The notes: generated by a model not told the origin, from the letters alone. A stretch of 64,000 bases of DNA from Gammaproteobacteria bacterium (GCA_965222155.1 CBDCTH010000012.1:1984001-2048000), one strand, 5' to 3'; shown: positions 30,693 to 42,667, counted from the first letter of the stretch. Program-made: numbers and translations.

Positions 30693-30959
30693 TTGGCTAA
30701 TATCGCATCAGCGAAGAAACGCGCAAGACAGGCGGCCAAGCGCCGTCTACACAACAATTCACGCCGGTCCATGTTACGGTCTTCTATCAGGAAAGTGCTG
30801 GACTCCATAGCAAAAGGCGATAAAACAGCGGCGACCGCCGCCTACCAGGCAGCCGTTCCCATCATTGACAGGATGGCGAATAAAGGCTTGATACACAAGA
30901 ACAAGGCCGCCCGGCACAAGAGCCACCTGAATATCAAAATCCGCGCACTTGGAGATTAA
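30693..30959 (+). CDS. rpsT: 30S ribosomal protein S20
   Basis: [12 protein letters not shown]...[11 protein letters not shown]; TTG start with AGGAG RBS. Confidence 0.97.
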   Translation: MANIASAKKRARQAAKRRLHNNSRRSMLRSSIRKVLDSIAKGDKTAATAAYQAAVPIIDRMANKGLIHKNKAARHKSHLNIKIRALGD

Positions 30960-30964
30960 TGAAG

Positions 30965-31035
30965 AATTAAGAATTACGAATTAAGAATTAGGGTATAACC
31001 TCCCATTCCTAATTCTTAATTCGTAATTCTTAATT
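30965..31035. terminator. 28-bp perfect inverted repeat built from GAATTA(A/C) heptamers, between convergent rpsT and proB
   Basis: AATTAAGAATTACGAATTAAGAATTAGG...CCTAATTCTTAATTCGTAATTCTTAATT. Confidence 0.55.
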
Positions 31036-31036
31036 T

Positions 31037-32167
31037 CTAATTCTCAAAAACGACCATGTTATCCCGGTGGATCAGTTCCGCATCATCAACATAGCCCAGT
31101 AATTGTTCAATCCTGTTGCTTGGCTGACCCATGATCTTGCGCGTCTCGCCGGCATTGTAGTTGACCAGACCCCGGGCAACCTCGCTGCCATCCCGGGCAA
31201 CGCAACTGACAATCTCACCCCGGTTGAACTCACCGCGGACGTCAACGACCCCGACGGCCAGCAAACTCTTGCCCTGCTCAGCCAGTACGCGGCAGGCGCC
31301 GTCATCCAGTACCAGAGTACCATCAGGACGTTTGTGTCCCGCCAGCCATTGTTTGCGCGCGGCCAATGGCGAGCGTTTGACGCTGAGCCGGGTTCCAGTC
31401 TGCTCTCCTCCTGCAATTTTCAGCAGCGCGTCAGCTTCCAGACCTGAGCAAATGATCGTATCGGCTCCCGATTTCGCGGCAGTCTCGGCAGCCTTGAGTT
31501 TGGTCAACATGCCGCCCCGGCCCAGTGCTCCCCCCGGGCCGGCATAATCCAGTAAGGATGCATCGCCGGCTCGCCCTGCCTTGATTAACCTGGCATCCGG
31601 ATATTGACGCGGGTCACGGTCATATAAGCCCGCTTGATCCGTCAGGATTATTAACTGGTCCGCCTCTGCCAGATTTGCCACCAGACCCGCTAACGAGTCG
31701 TTATCTCCGAAGCGTATTTCATCCGTAGCGACGCTGTCATTCTCGTTTATAATGGGTACGACATCCAACTCCAGCAAAGTGCGCAACGCGGACCGGGCAT
31801 TCAGGTAACGCCCCCGGTCGGCTATGTCATCATGGGTCAGGAGTATCTGGGCAGTGTGTATGCCATATCCCTGGAACGCGGACTCGTAAGCCTGGATCAA
31901 GCCCATCTGGCCGACGGCTGCCGCGGCCTGCTGCTCGTGCAGGCTGACAGGCCTCATGTCCCAGCCCAGGCGCGCCCTGCCTTCCGCGATCGCCCCGGAT
32001 GAAACGATGATAAAACGGAACCCGCGGCGGCGTAATTGCGCCATCTGTCCCACCCAACCGGCAATGGCCTCCATACGCAAACCGCAACCGTCATTGGTCA
32101 ACAAGGCACTGCCTATCTTGACCACCCAGCACTGTTTACCGTTGCCTTTAGATTCCGATTTGGACAT
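31037..32167 (-). CDS. proB: Glutamate 5-kinase
   Basis: VVKIGS, SSGAI, NEND, FGDND, GGMLTK, PUA domain. Confidence 0.97.
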   Translation of the reverse strand: MSKSESKGNGKQCWVVKIGSALLTNDGCGLRMEAIAGWVGQMAQLRRRGFRFIIVSSGAIAEGRARLGWDMRPVSLHEQQAAAAVGQMGLIQAYESAFQGYGIHTAQILLTHDDIADRGRYLNARSALRTLLELDVVPIINENDSVATDEIRFGDNDSLAGLVANLAEADQLIILTDQAGLYDRDPRQYPDARLIKAGRAGDASLLDYAGPGGALGRGGMLTKLKAAETAAKSGADTIICSGLEADALLKIAGGEQTGTRLSVKRSPLAARKQWLAGHKRPDGTLVLDDGACRVLAEQGKSLLAVGVVDVRGEFNRGEIVSCVARDGSEVARGLVNYNAGETRKIMGQPSNRIEQLLGYVDDAELIHRDNMVVFEN

Positions 32168-32170
32168 GGA

Positions 32171-33193
<1,023 letters not shown>

Positions 33194-33203
33194 TCAGGGC
33201 CAA

Positions 33204-33263
33204 AGCCACAGAGGGCACAGAGATCACAGAGGGGGTCGTGTGATCTCTGTGTCCTCTGTGGCT
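33204..33263. repeat. AGCCACAGAG-CACAGAG hairpin repeat overlapping the rpmA stop codon
   Basis: Second copy at 42537-42667. Confidence 0.7.
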
Positions 33264-33522
33264 AATCTGTCTTCTGAATACTGACAAAAGTCCTGTTTTT
33301 TGCACCTTTTTGTTCAAACACCACCATTCCATCAGCCGTAGCGAACAGGGTATGGTCTCTACCGCAACCAACATTGACACCGGGATGAAACCGGGTGCCA
33401 CGTTGCCTGACTAAAATATTACCGGCCTTTACCATTTCACTGCCGAAGCGTTTGACGCCCAGACGCTTTGATTGGGAATCCCGGCCGTTACGTGTACTGC
33501 CGCCTGCTTTTTTATGTGCCAT
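33262..33522 (-). CDS. rpmA: 50S ribosomal protein L27
   Basis: [16 protein letters not shown]. Confidence 0.98.
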   Translation of the reverse strand: MAHKKAGGSTRNGRDSQSKRLGVKRFGSEMVKAGNILVRQRGTRFHPGVNVGCGRDHTLFATADGMVVFEQKGAKNRTFVSIQKTD

Positions 33523-33539
33523 TCTCCAACTCCCGATAA

Positions 33540-33854
33540 TTATTGCGTATTAATACCGGTAATTTCCAATTCGGTATAAGCCTGGCGATGCCCCATCTGC
33601 TTGCGATGGTGTTTTCGCCGTTTGAACTTGATCACCTTGATTTTAGGTCCCCTGCCGTGAGACTTTACCGTTGCCGCAACTGTCGCACCGGCGACCATGG
33701 GGGTCCCCACCGAAATATCATCGCCATCAGCTACCATGAGAATGTCATCCAGACTGATTTCGCCACCCTCTTCCACATCGATTTTCTCTACCCGGAGGGT
33801 ATCACCTTCCCGCACTTTGTACTGCTTCCCACCGGACTTTATAACTGCATACAT
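33540..33854 (-). CDS. rplU: 50S ribosomal protein L21
   Basis: [12 protein letters not shown]...GHRQ. Confidence 0.98.
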   Translation of the reverse strand: MYAVIKSGGKQYKVREGDTLRVEKIDVEEGGEISLDDILMVADGDDISVGTPMVAGATVAATVKSHGRGPKIKVIKFKRRKHHRKQMGHRQAYTELEITGINTQ

Positions 33855-34038
33855 AAATCACTCCAGACACATCATAGTATTGTCAACCTGACGCAAACAA
33901 CCGCGCACTTCAAACATGGGATTTTATAACACTATTTCAGTTCATACAAGCACCATCAGCAGCCCAAGCGCATACTTTGACCGCCATCGACCTCCTCATG
34001 CACCGCCAACTGCGCCGCATCATCACGCTTCACCTTAT

Positions 34039-34245
34039 AACAAATCGTCAGGACAGACGATTTACAAAGTACATCCTGTACTTTGCCCCGTTGGGGCCAG
34101 TCTCGCGTGGCTCGACTGTTCAACAGCTCCAGGCAAATTTGTGCATGGCGCCAGCCGCCCATCGGGTAGCGTCCAGAGCCTGCCCCCTGCTTACAACCGC
34201 AGGGGCAAGCTCTGTATGGAGTTGAGCAGGGGGATGGACGCTATG
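34039..34245. repeat. Repeat family B (AGAGCCTGCCCC...AGCAGGGG / ACAAATCGTCAGGACAGACGATTT)
   Basis: Homologous to 6113-6241 in reverse orientation, and to cores at 43493 and 61885. Confidence 0.65.
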
Positions 34246-34525
34246 AAAATACGCCTTTATTTCCCGTTGTAAGGTCTTATGATTGGCCTTCAGACACAAC
34301 GTCTAATCCCCACCCCCTTCTCGTGTATCTTCCGGGCCGGCTTCTTCTGCGTGCTCGTTGCGCCCACACATGATTGATGGCCGTCTGCTACTTTCTCCCT
34401 GGCAATAAGGCTGTTCCCTCACGGATTTTGACATGATTTCCTGATGGGCGGCATCAAGGTTTGTGGCCCGTTTTCAGGCGAGGGGGGCGGCTCACACGAA
34501 AAGACTTGACTACTTCCCGCGCCAC

Positions 34526-34563
34526 GACCCCGGGGCTTCATCAGGTGATGAAGCCCCGGGGTC
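34526..34563 (-). terminator. Hairpin downstream of the adhesin gene
   Basis: GACCCCGGGGCTTCATCA-GG-TGATGAAGCCCCGGGGTC perfect stem. Confidence 0.55.
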
Positions 34564-34609
34564 TCTTCAGGCCGTCCAGGTCAGCAGGGAGAGGGGTGTG
34601 TGAGAATGG

Positions 34610-36111
34610 TCAGAAGTTGAAACCGACACCCACGCCGCCACCGGTCTCACCACTGGAATGGGAGATACCCAATTTTGCCTGACCTCTATCACCGACCCGG
34701 AAGCTGGCGCCGATAGCGATTGCTTCCTTGCCGTCAAAAAAGCCACCGCCTACGCCCACACTGCCACGACTGCCTCCCGTCGCGGCGGGGATATGCGCCA
34801 GCGCAATGGCCATGGCGATACCCGCCTTGTTATTGAGTATGTCACGGGCATTCACATTGATATTGGAGCTATTGGTCACGATATTATCGGTATTGGTTGC
34901 GATGTTGCCGGCATTGGTGGAAATATGGGCACTGTTGGTCGTGATATTACCCGCATTGGTCGTGATATTACCGGTATTGGCATCAATATCCGTACGGTTG
35001 CCGGTAACGTTTTTGTCAATGCCCATTAAATCCATGCCCCCGACTTCCACTTTTGTCGGTTCCGTTACCGATGACAATTTCTTTTTCCCCGGCTTCAACG
35101 TCAGCGCCTATAGCGATGCTGTTGGCCTTGGCGCTGGCACCTGCGCCAATAGCGACCGCGTTATCGCCGGTAACTTTCACATCTGCACCGACAGCAACAG
35201 CTCGGTTTACTGGCATCTTGGTAGGTTCTCCCCCATTCCGCGGCCTCGGGTTGGAGGTCTTTTTCTCCAGGACGTAATTCGTATAGTCCTCAAGCTTGAG
35301 TGGGTCCTTGTCGCGCAACGCCACCCACCACCTTGTAGAACTCGATACCACCGTTCGTTGGTTTTGCCTCTAACTCGATAGTACGCCAGTGTCGACCACT
35401 CTTATCATCCTTATACTCTAGGGTATGAGTAATGACAGGCGGCTCCGGCGGCTCCGGCGGCTGCGTTTCTATTCTTACAACTGATGCGTTGGGTCCGATA
35501 GCGATACTATCCTCGCCCATAACCCGAGACTCAGAACCGATAGCGATACCGTTATTACCCATCTTCGAGGGAACAGGGTCTATCTTTTTAACTTTTGTTA
35601 GTTTCTCCAGGACGTAATTCGTATAGTCCTCAAGCTTGAGTGGGTCCTCTCATCGGGCACGCCACCCACCACCTTGTAGAACTCGATACCACCGTTCGTT
35701 GGTTTTGCCTCTAACTCGATAGTTGTGCGACCACTCTTAAGGGTATGAGTAATACTGATTTCTCTATGCCAGGTTTTAGTGTCTTGTACAACTCCACCCT
35801 TGCAGTGTCGCCAATCGCGACGCTGCCATCCGTTCCAGCATGCGCTCCACAGCCAGCAGCAAACGAAGAAGGATCATCGTTGGCGGGGTCGGTGACTCCA
35901 GTCTCTGCTACTGGTGTAGCACCAGGACATGTGTCGGGATTAGTAACACCCTGGCCGTAAGTTGCTGGAAACGCCAAGCCGAGGACGACAGCGATGCACC
36001 CGAGGAAGACCCCTGGCGCCCGCCCTGGCTTACCTACAAGATGGGGGGGGGGGGGGGGGGGGTAATAGAAAACACAGACATCGCTGTCATTTTCTGTATC
36101 AGTTTTTTCAT
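34610..36111 (-). pseudogene. Trimeric autotransporter adhesin (YadA-like), split by several frameshifts, with a poly-C/G tract in the leader
   Basis: YadA anchor (GIAMAIALA...VGGGFFDGKEAIAIG...GVGFNF), head repeats (AVAIGAGA, SIAIG), N-rich coiled-coil heptads; RBS AGGAG and ATG at 36111. Confidence 0.8.
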
Positions 36112-36268
36112 TTCAATTACTCCTGATAGTTAAAAGAAAACCTTCAACAACTTCGGCCACCGCTACCACACAGCTACCTGATTAGATTACCACTAGATAC
36201 GCATTATGTCACCAGATTCCAGCATGTCAAGTTTTTTTGGTGTTTTTTTTGGTATGAGTATTTTCCAA

Positions 36269-36759
36269 CAGCCGTTCCCGCTAACTTTATCAGCCGGTTA
36301 TATTGTCGGGTCAGGTCCGTTTTTTTCACCGTGACCCGACCCTCAGGGAATACGCGGCCCGCCGGCTATCCCCGGTTATGTTGATGTGGCTTGGTTTCCC
36401 CTGACGTCCCCCACCTTGAACTGCTCGACCCCGGCCCGTCCTCAAGCGGTATCATACGGCGCCACCACGGTCGGGGCGGCGCCATAGGCCAGTACCCGAT
36501 ACAACGTCTCCCAGTCCGGCACCAGCCAGGTGAAGAAGACGCTGCGCAGTGTCTCCCGGACGTCACGCTTGCAGCCCTGCTTCGCCACCCCCTGTTGAAA
36601 CAGCCCGCAGCAGTGCTGCTGCACCGGGTCAATCAGACACGCCAGCCGCATCAGGTACGCCAGCACCGTGGACAGGTGCTGATAGCCGTGTTGGAGGGTA
36701 TGCTCAACGTGGTCGCCTGGGTGCTTCAGAGTATTAAATGTCTCGTTCTCAATCTTCAC
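36269..36759 (-). pseudogene. DDE transposase C-terminal remnant with terminal inverted repeat CAGCCGTTCCCGCTAACTT
   Basis: KIENETFNTLK...EH...HG...LS...L...LID..QQ resembles the C-terminal catalytic-Glu region of IS4-like/ISNCY transposases; degenerate. Confidence 0.7.
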
Positions 36760-36793
36760 AACGCGCCCGTGCCCGCGACTCGCGCGAGTCGCC

Positions 36794-37145
36794 GGGGACG
36801 GATTTCAAATCCGTCCCCACCAACACTCTTCCCACGCGCCTGCGCCGCGCAGCAGTCGCATCAGGTTGTCGCTATGCAGAGGAATTTTGGGGACACAATA
36901 CTTAATTACTTTAAATCACGGAATAGTGGCACATTGACTCTAATAATTAAGTATTGTGTCCCCAAAATTATTCCGTGCTTCGTAATCCAGTAAGTTCACC
37001 TGAAAGTCAACGTGTGACTCGTTCAAGGGCGCCCCGTTCAGATACAGATATTTAGGGACATTTGGGGTCAGAGTAAAAATACTCAATAACGAGCCACTAC
37101 CACTTGCCAAACTGGCTATATTTTTACTCTGACCCCAAATGTCCC
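36794..37145. repeat. Cluster of three REP/REPIN families (GGGGACGG 36794-36818; GGGGACACAATAC 36883-36969; GGGGTCAGAGT 37055-37145)
   Basis: One short palindrome and two 26-27 bp perfect inverted repeats. Confidence 0.8.
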
Positions 37146-37312
37146 AGGAGTTCTCCGCTTGTTTATAACTTTTTAGAATAAAAAACCTCTTTCTTATGAC
37201 AAAAAGTATGATATTGCCCTATCGACGAACCCATAGTAAACGGGAAATCGAACGATGCAATAGCGGCAACATGTTATTATCGTTTCATGCCATCGCAGAA
37301 TATCAAAAAATC

Positions 37313-38305
37313 ATGAGTGCAGTACCAGTACGGGAACCCGGTTTAGAGTCGATTCAAGCGCTGGTCAGGGACGACATGCAGAAGGTAGACAGGTTGATAC
37401 AGGAAAAACTGCATTCCGAGACCGGGCTTATCGATCAATTAGGTCATTATATCGTCAACAGTGGAGGTAAAAGACTGCGACCGGCCCTGGTATTGCTCAG
37501 CGCCAACTGTTTTGCTTATCGCGCGAGCCTGCACATTAAACTTGCCTCCGTTATTGAATTTATCCATACCGCCACCCTGCTGCACGACGACGTGGTCGAT
37601 GCCTCCATGCTGCGCCGGGGCAAGGCCACTGCCAACCAGCGCTGGGGTAATGAGGCAAGTGTCCTGGTCGGTGATTTTCTCTATTCCCGCGCCTTCCAGA
37701 TGATGGTGGAAGTGGGTTCCATGCACGTCATGGAAATCATGGCTGAGGCCACCAATACCATTGCTGAAGGAGAGGTACAGCAACTCATAAACCGGCATGA
37801 TCCGGAAACGACGGAACAGCGTTACCTGCAAGTCATACATAACAAAACGGCAAAATTGTTTGAGGCGTCGGCCCGGGTCGGCGCCGTCATCGCCGGGCAA
37901 GACCGGCAAACGGAGCAGGCCATGTCCAACTACGGCAGGCACCTGGGCATAGCCTACCAGCTCATCGATGATGCACTGGATTACAGCGCCCCCAGTGAGA
38001 ACCTGGGCAAAAATATCGGTGACGACCTCGCCGAAGGCAAACCCACCTTACCCCTGTTATACGCCCTCTGGCATAGTTCGGATGAGCAGGCAGCCCTGAT
38101 CAGGAGCGCCATAAAACAGGGGAGCCTTGAGTGCATGGATCAAATCTGTGCGGCTATTGCTGCAACCGGGGCAATCCAGCATATCCGTGAGTGCGCTCGC
38201 CGGGAGGCTGAAACCGCCATGCAGCACCTCGAGGGTCTGCCTCAATCCGAATACCTGGATGCACTGTTCATGCTGACGCGCTTCGCTACCGAACGGAATT
38301 ACTGA
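37313..38305 (+). CDS. ispB: Octaprenyl-diphosphate synthase
   Basis: GGKRLRP, LLHDDVVD...RRG, QLIDD, GDDLAEGKPTLP; conserved position divergent from rplU. Confidence 0.95.
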   Translation: MSAVPVREPGLESIQALVRDDMQKVDRLIQEKLHSETGLIDQLGHYIVNSGGKRLRPALVLLSANCFAYRASLHIKLASVIEFIHTATLLHDDVVDASMLRRGKATANQRWGNEASVLVGDFLYSRAFQMMVEVGSMHVMEIMAEATNTIAEGEVQQLINRHDPETTEQRYLQVIHNKTAKLFEASARVGAVIAGQDRQTEQAMSNYGRHLGIAYQLIDDALDYSAPSENLGKNIGDDLAEGKPTLPLLYALWHSSDEQAALIRSAIKQGSLECMDQICAAIAATGAIQHIRECARREAETAMQHLEGLPQSEYLDALFMLTRFATERNY

Positions 38306-38425
38306 GCAGATGGGGACGAATTTAAATCCGTCCCCTTCCAGTTATAGACGCAAAGCGCATTGTAAGGTAGAGTTCGCATTGGCATTCGGCAGGCGGGTTT
38401 AAACAGTCTGCCGGTTGTTCCATAT

Positions 38426-38502
38426 CGGGGTGTAGCTCAGCCTGGTAGAGCACTGCCTTCGGGAGGCAGGGGCCGGAGGTTCAAATCCTCTCACCCCGAC
38501 CA
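38426..38502 (+). tRNA. tRNA-Pro (anticodon CGG)
   Basis: CGGGGTG...CACCCCG acceptor stem, CTGCC-TTCGGGA-GGCAG anticodon arm, GGTTCAAATCC T-loop, 3' CCA. Confidence 0.96.
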
Positions 38503-38691
38503 GTAAACTCATTATAATTAAATTAATCAATTTTCCTTAGAATATTTAATTAATAATGATATTTCCGCATTAATAATTATTTTTCCGTTTTTTATTTTTT
38601 CACCTAAAATAACTATTTTTCCTAAAAATATGTTGTTTTTATATATTTTTTCTGTAAAATAACTGTTTTTCCGCAATCTTTTCTGCTTCTA

Positions 38692-40188
38692 ATGACAATC
38701 AGGACATCAACACGGAAGCCAGCCGGCTACAATTGGCTGAAACAGCATTACCCTGTGCCGGATATCCCCCACGACCATGTCTCCTGGCTGGATGCTGTAG
38801 CAGACCGGACACAGGTTGGTATTGATGAAGTCTTTCCTTCCCGGAAGTTTACCCCGGCCGATACCTGGACCGGGCACCTGGAGTTTGCTCTGAAGTACGA
38901 CGGAATAAATCTGCGACTCCTGTTGCAACTTTTTCACCATATCCCTGCCGCCGAACTGGAAGTCTGGATTCAGGCACAGCCAACAGGGATATATACGCGC
39001 AGGAGCTGGTTCCTGTATGAATTTCTGCTGCAAACCACGCTGGATATAGAATATCTGGAACGAGGAAACTACATAGACTTGCTTGACCCGGCACAGCACA
39101 TGGTTACGACATTTCCAGATCAGGCAACACGCCGCGCCTACATGTCGAAGCGCCATCGCGTAGTCAACAATCTACTCGGTAATACACAGTTTTGTCCGAT
39201 GGTACGCCCGCGCAACCTGAACTGGCAGGCCCTACACGATAAAACCAGGCAGTTACTCGAGAAGTATGACCATGCCACTATCATCGGTTCCATTAATTAT
39301 CTTTATACCAAGGAAACTCGCTCGTCTTTTGCTATTGAAAACGAAACTCCGAGCAAGGATAAAGTTGAGCGCTTTGGAAAAGTCTTACGTCATGCCGGCA
39401 AATGGCCGTCACTGGATAAAGGCGCTTATATTGAACTACAGAAGATCATGCTAACCAATCCGGGAGAAGATTATCGTACAACCCAGAATTATGTCGGTGA
39501 AACCATTGGCATGAATGAGTACGTGCATCTGGTGCCTCCCAAACCGGACGATGTACCTGTGCTCATGGAGGGTTTACAAGCTTTCATCGAAGAATCAACT
39601 AACTTGAATCCAATAATAGTAGCGGCAGTGGCCGCCTTTGGTTTCGTGTTTATTCATCCCTTTGAAGATGGAAATGGCAGAACGCACCGCTTTATGCTTC
39701 ACTACTTCCTGTCCACACGCGGCGTGACTCCGGAGAACTTTATTTTTCCTGTCTCGGCAACAATACTCGAAGATATGTCGGCTTATGATGCGTGCCTGGA
39801 GACCTTTTCTATTCCAGTCAAAAACCTGGTTGAGTATGACTTTGATGATGATTTCAGCATGACTGTCACAAGTGATTCGGCTTATCTGTATCGCTATCTG
39901 GACGCCACACCACTGGTTGACTATCTCTATGATTGCATCAACCAGACGATAGAAGTCGTCTTGAAGAAGGAACTGGACCTTCTACACAAATTCAGAAACG
40001 TAAAACAATCTATTGATCGTGAAATGGACATTCCCAATACCGCGTTGGACCGCTTCGTGAATTTTTGCCGTCAAAATAACGGTCACCTGTCACAGAAAAA
40101 ACGTGCTCGTTTCTTTAAAGACTATACGGATACACAGGTCGCCAGAATGGAGGAAATTTATCAATCCTTCTTTACTGACCAGTATTAA
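38692..40188 (+). CDS. Fic-family protein
   Basis: HPFEDGNGRTHR Fic motif; ETRSSFAIE. Confidence 0.92.
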   Translation: MTIRTSTRKPAGYNWLKQHYPVPDIPHDHVSWLDAVADRTQVGIDEVFPSRKFTPADTWTGHLEFALKYDGINLRLLLQLFHHIPAAELEVWIQAQPTGIYTRRSWFLYEFLLQTTLDIEYLERGNYIDLLDPAQHMVTTFPDQATRRAYMSKRHRVVNNLLGNTQFCPMVRPRNLNWQALHDKTRQLLEKYDHATIIGSINYLYTKETRSSFAIENETPSKDKVERFGKVLRHAGKWPSLDKGAYIELQKIMLTNPGEDYRTTQNYVGETIGMNEYVHLVPPKPDDVPVLMEGLQAFIEESTNLNPIIVAAVAAFGFVFIHPFEDGNGRTHRFMLHYFLSTRGVTPENFIFPVSATILEDMSAYDACLETFSIPVKNLVEYDFDDDFSMTVTSDSAYLYRYLDATPLVDYLYDCINQTIEVVLKKELDLLHKFRNVKQSIDREMDIPNTALDRFVNFCRQNNGHLSQKKRARFFKDYTDTQVARMEEIYQSFFTDQY

Positions 40189-40239
40189 ATCAAAACTGTA
40201 TATCCTCTTTCTCTCTCGACAAAGACAAGAATAACAAGC

Positions 40240-41022
40240 GTGAGCCGCAAACCTGTCATTGCCATTACCGCTGACCACATCATGGTCAGGGATCTTCTGC
40301 CGGCTGCGGCCGTCTATAATGTTTACAGTGATGCTGTCATCCACGCGGCCGACGCCCTGCCCTGGATAGTTCCGCCTGCCGCTGAATTCCTGGATATGGA
40401 TGCCCTGCTTCACAGGGTCGACGGCATCATCTTTACCGGCGCGCGTTCCAATATTCAACCACACCGTTACCAGGGTGAAGCTACGGCTGAAAATACCGTA
40501 CAGGACCCGCACCGGGATGCGACAACCCTCCCTCTGATTCCAAAAGTAATCGACGTCGGCATCCCCATGTTGTGTATCTGTCGCGGTATCCAGGAACTCA
40601 ACGTGGCCCTGGGGGGCAGCCTGTACCAGGACGTGCCCAACCTGCCGGGGAAATTAAACCACTTCGCACCTGAAGAGTGGAGCATGGAACGGCGTTTCGC
40701 CCCATCTCATGATGTCCTGTTTGAAAAAGACAGTGAATTGGGAAAATTGAGCACATCGAAAACGGTCACGGTAAACAGTGTCCATGAACAGGGTATTGGC
40801 CGTCTCGCTGATGACCTTGTCATAGAGGCGCGCGCCCCGGACGGGATCATAGAAGCAGTCCGGGTCCGCAACAGCAAGGCATTTGCAGCCGGCGTGCAAT
40901 GGCATCCTGAGTGGGACTGGCGTTCGCATCCCCTGAACGCAAAAATATGGGAAGTCTTCGGCGCAGCCTGCCGCGGCGGAGGACACGAAATAATGGGGTC
41001 AGGTCGCACATTGCACATATGA
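40240..41022 (+). CDS. Gamma-glutamyl-gamma-aminobutyrate hydrolase (peptidase C26, PuuD-like)
   Basis: ICRGIQELNVALGGSL, VNSVHEQG, GVQWHPE. Confidence 0.88.
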   Translation: MSRKPVIAITADHIMVRDLLPAAAVYNVYSDAVIHAADALPWIVPPAAEFLDMDALLHRVDGIIFTGARSNIQPHRYQGEATAENTVQDPHRDATTLPLIPKVIDVGIPMLCICRGIQELNVALGGSLYQDVPNLPGKLNHFAPEEWSMERRFAPSHDVLFEKDSELGKLSTSKTVTVNSVHEQGIGRLADDLVIEARAPDGIIEAVRVRNSKAFAAGVQWHPEWDWRSHPLNAKIWEVFGAACRGGGHEIMGSGRTLHI

Positions 41023-41084
41023 AGAAATGAGTGTGAAGTTGTGAGGCCATCCCAATGTGCAATGTGCGACCTGACCCCATTATT
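40989..41084. repeat. REPIN (GGGGTCAGGTCGCACATTGCACAT) overlapping the puuD-like 3' end
   Basis: About 30-bp perfect inverted repeat; core is unrelated to the RAYT gene. Confidence 0.85.
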
Positions 41085-41116
41085 CGAAAACGGGAGCAGG
41101 GGAGAGAGGATAAATC

Positions 41117-42541
41117 GTGCCAATCCGTTTCGGGATAATTTTATTTCTTTATATTACTGGATGGTATGCCTGTGCCGGCGCCGCAGAGTTACCCCGGCCC
41201 ATCGGGATCGTTATCAATGGTCATAAAATCCCGTCCGGCGCCTACAGTCTTTACGCCAGGGAAGTCGGCAAACAAGAGCCGGTGCTGGCGGTCAACGCGG
41301 AACTACCGTTCAACCCCGCGTCCGTCATTAAAATCATTCCCACGCTCGCTGCCCTGGATTTGCTGGGCCCGGGCTATCGCTGGAAAACCGAGGTTTACAC
41401 CCTGGGCAGTATCAGGGACGGGGTGTTACAGGGCGATATCCTGTTCAAAGGGTACGGCGACCCCCATCTCGTCACGGAAGAATTCCGCAAGATACTGGAA
41501 GAACTCAGACGGCGCGGACTCAGGGAAATTACAGGCGACCTTTTGATCGATCACTCCTACTTTAATGTTCCATACGAAAACCCCGGTGCGTTTGACAATA
41601 ATCCGTACCGTACCTATAACGTCCTGCCGAACGCGTTTCTGATTAATTTCAAGGCGGTTAATTTTCATTTCTACCCTGCGGCAAACGGCAGAAACGTCAT
41701 GGTTCATCCCGAACCGGCACTGGTGGGACTGAAGATTGATAACCGGTTGCGCTTGCGAAAACGCTATTGTGGCGGCTTCCAGAGGGGTGTAGCCGTGACT
41801 GTCCCTGACCGGGAAACGGCTGACCGCATCATTTTTTCGGGAAGATTCCCGACAGGTTGCAGCCATTACATCCTGTCCCGTACCGTGCTGACCCATGAAA
41901 CCTATGCATTCGGATTATTCAAGTCAATATGGCAACAACTGGGTGGAAGCATCGCCGGGCAGGTCAGGACAGCCATGGCGCCGACAACAGGCGAGCCTTT
42001 CCTGGTCAGGCATTCTAAGTCCTTGTCCGACGTCATCAAACTCATCAACAAATTCAGCAATAACGTCATGAGCCGGCAACTGATGCTGACCCTGGGGGCT
42101 GAACTACAGGAACAACCCGGCACAACTGAAAAGGGCGCCAGGGTTATTGACGGGTATCTCACGGACCTGGGCCTGGATACGCAAACCCTGAAAATTGTAA
42201 ACGGCGCCGGACTGTCAAGAGAGGCGCGCGCCTCGGCAAAATTGCTGGCGGATATCCTGGATCATGCCTGGACCATACCCAACCGGCCGGAGTTCATATC
42301 CTCGTTATCCATAACCGGTGTGGACGGCACGGCAAAAAACCGTCTGAAATACAAACCGGCTTCGGGCTATGCGCATATCAAGACCGGTACGATAGATGAC
42401 GTCTCCGCCATAGCGGGATATGTCCAAGCCAGGTCCGGACGGAAGTATATTGTGTCGGGCATATTGAACCGGAAGCTGGCACACAAGGGGCCCGGCAAGG
42501 AACTGATGAACGCCCTGGTTACCTGGGTCTATAATCTTTAG
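41117..42541 (+). CDS. dacB: D-Ala-D-Ala carboxypeptidase/endopeptidase PBP4
   Basis: PASVIK (SxxK), SNN, KTGT. Confidence 0.92.
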   Translation: MPIRFGIILFLYITGWYACAGAAELPRPIGIVINGHKIPSGAYSLYAREVGKQEPVLAVNAELPFNPASVIKIIPTLAALDLLGPGYRWKTEVYTLGSIRDGVLQGDILFKGYGDPHLVTEEFRKILEELRRRGLREITGDLLIDHSYFNVPYENPGAFDNNPYRTYNVLPNAFLINFKAVNFHFYPAANGRNVMVHPEPALVGLKIDNRLRLRKRYCGGFQRGVAVTVPDRETADRIIFSGRFPTGCSHYILSRTVLTHETYAFGLFKSIWQQLGGSIAGQVRTAMAPTTGEPFLVRHSKSLSDVIKLINKFSNNVMSRQLMLTLGAELQEQPGTTEKGARVIDGYLTDLGLDTQTLKIVNGAGLSREARASAKLLADILDHAWTIPNRPEFISSLSITGVDGTAKNRLKYKPASGYAHIKTGTIDDVSAIAGYVQARSGRKYIVSGILNRKLAHKGPGKELMNALVTWVYNL

Positions 42542-42667
42542 CCACAGAGGACACAGGGATAAAACAGTACGAATAATGTAACAGGCAACTTGCTGAATAT
42601 GCAGGCTACCCGGGTATTAACCGGTGACTCGACCCACTCTGTGATCTCTGTGCCCTCTGTGGCTAAA
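42537..42667. repeat. TAGCCACAGAG inverted-repeat element between convergent dacB and PPTase genes
   Basis: Both TAG stop codons lie in the repeat ends. Confidence 0.7.
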
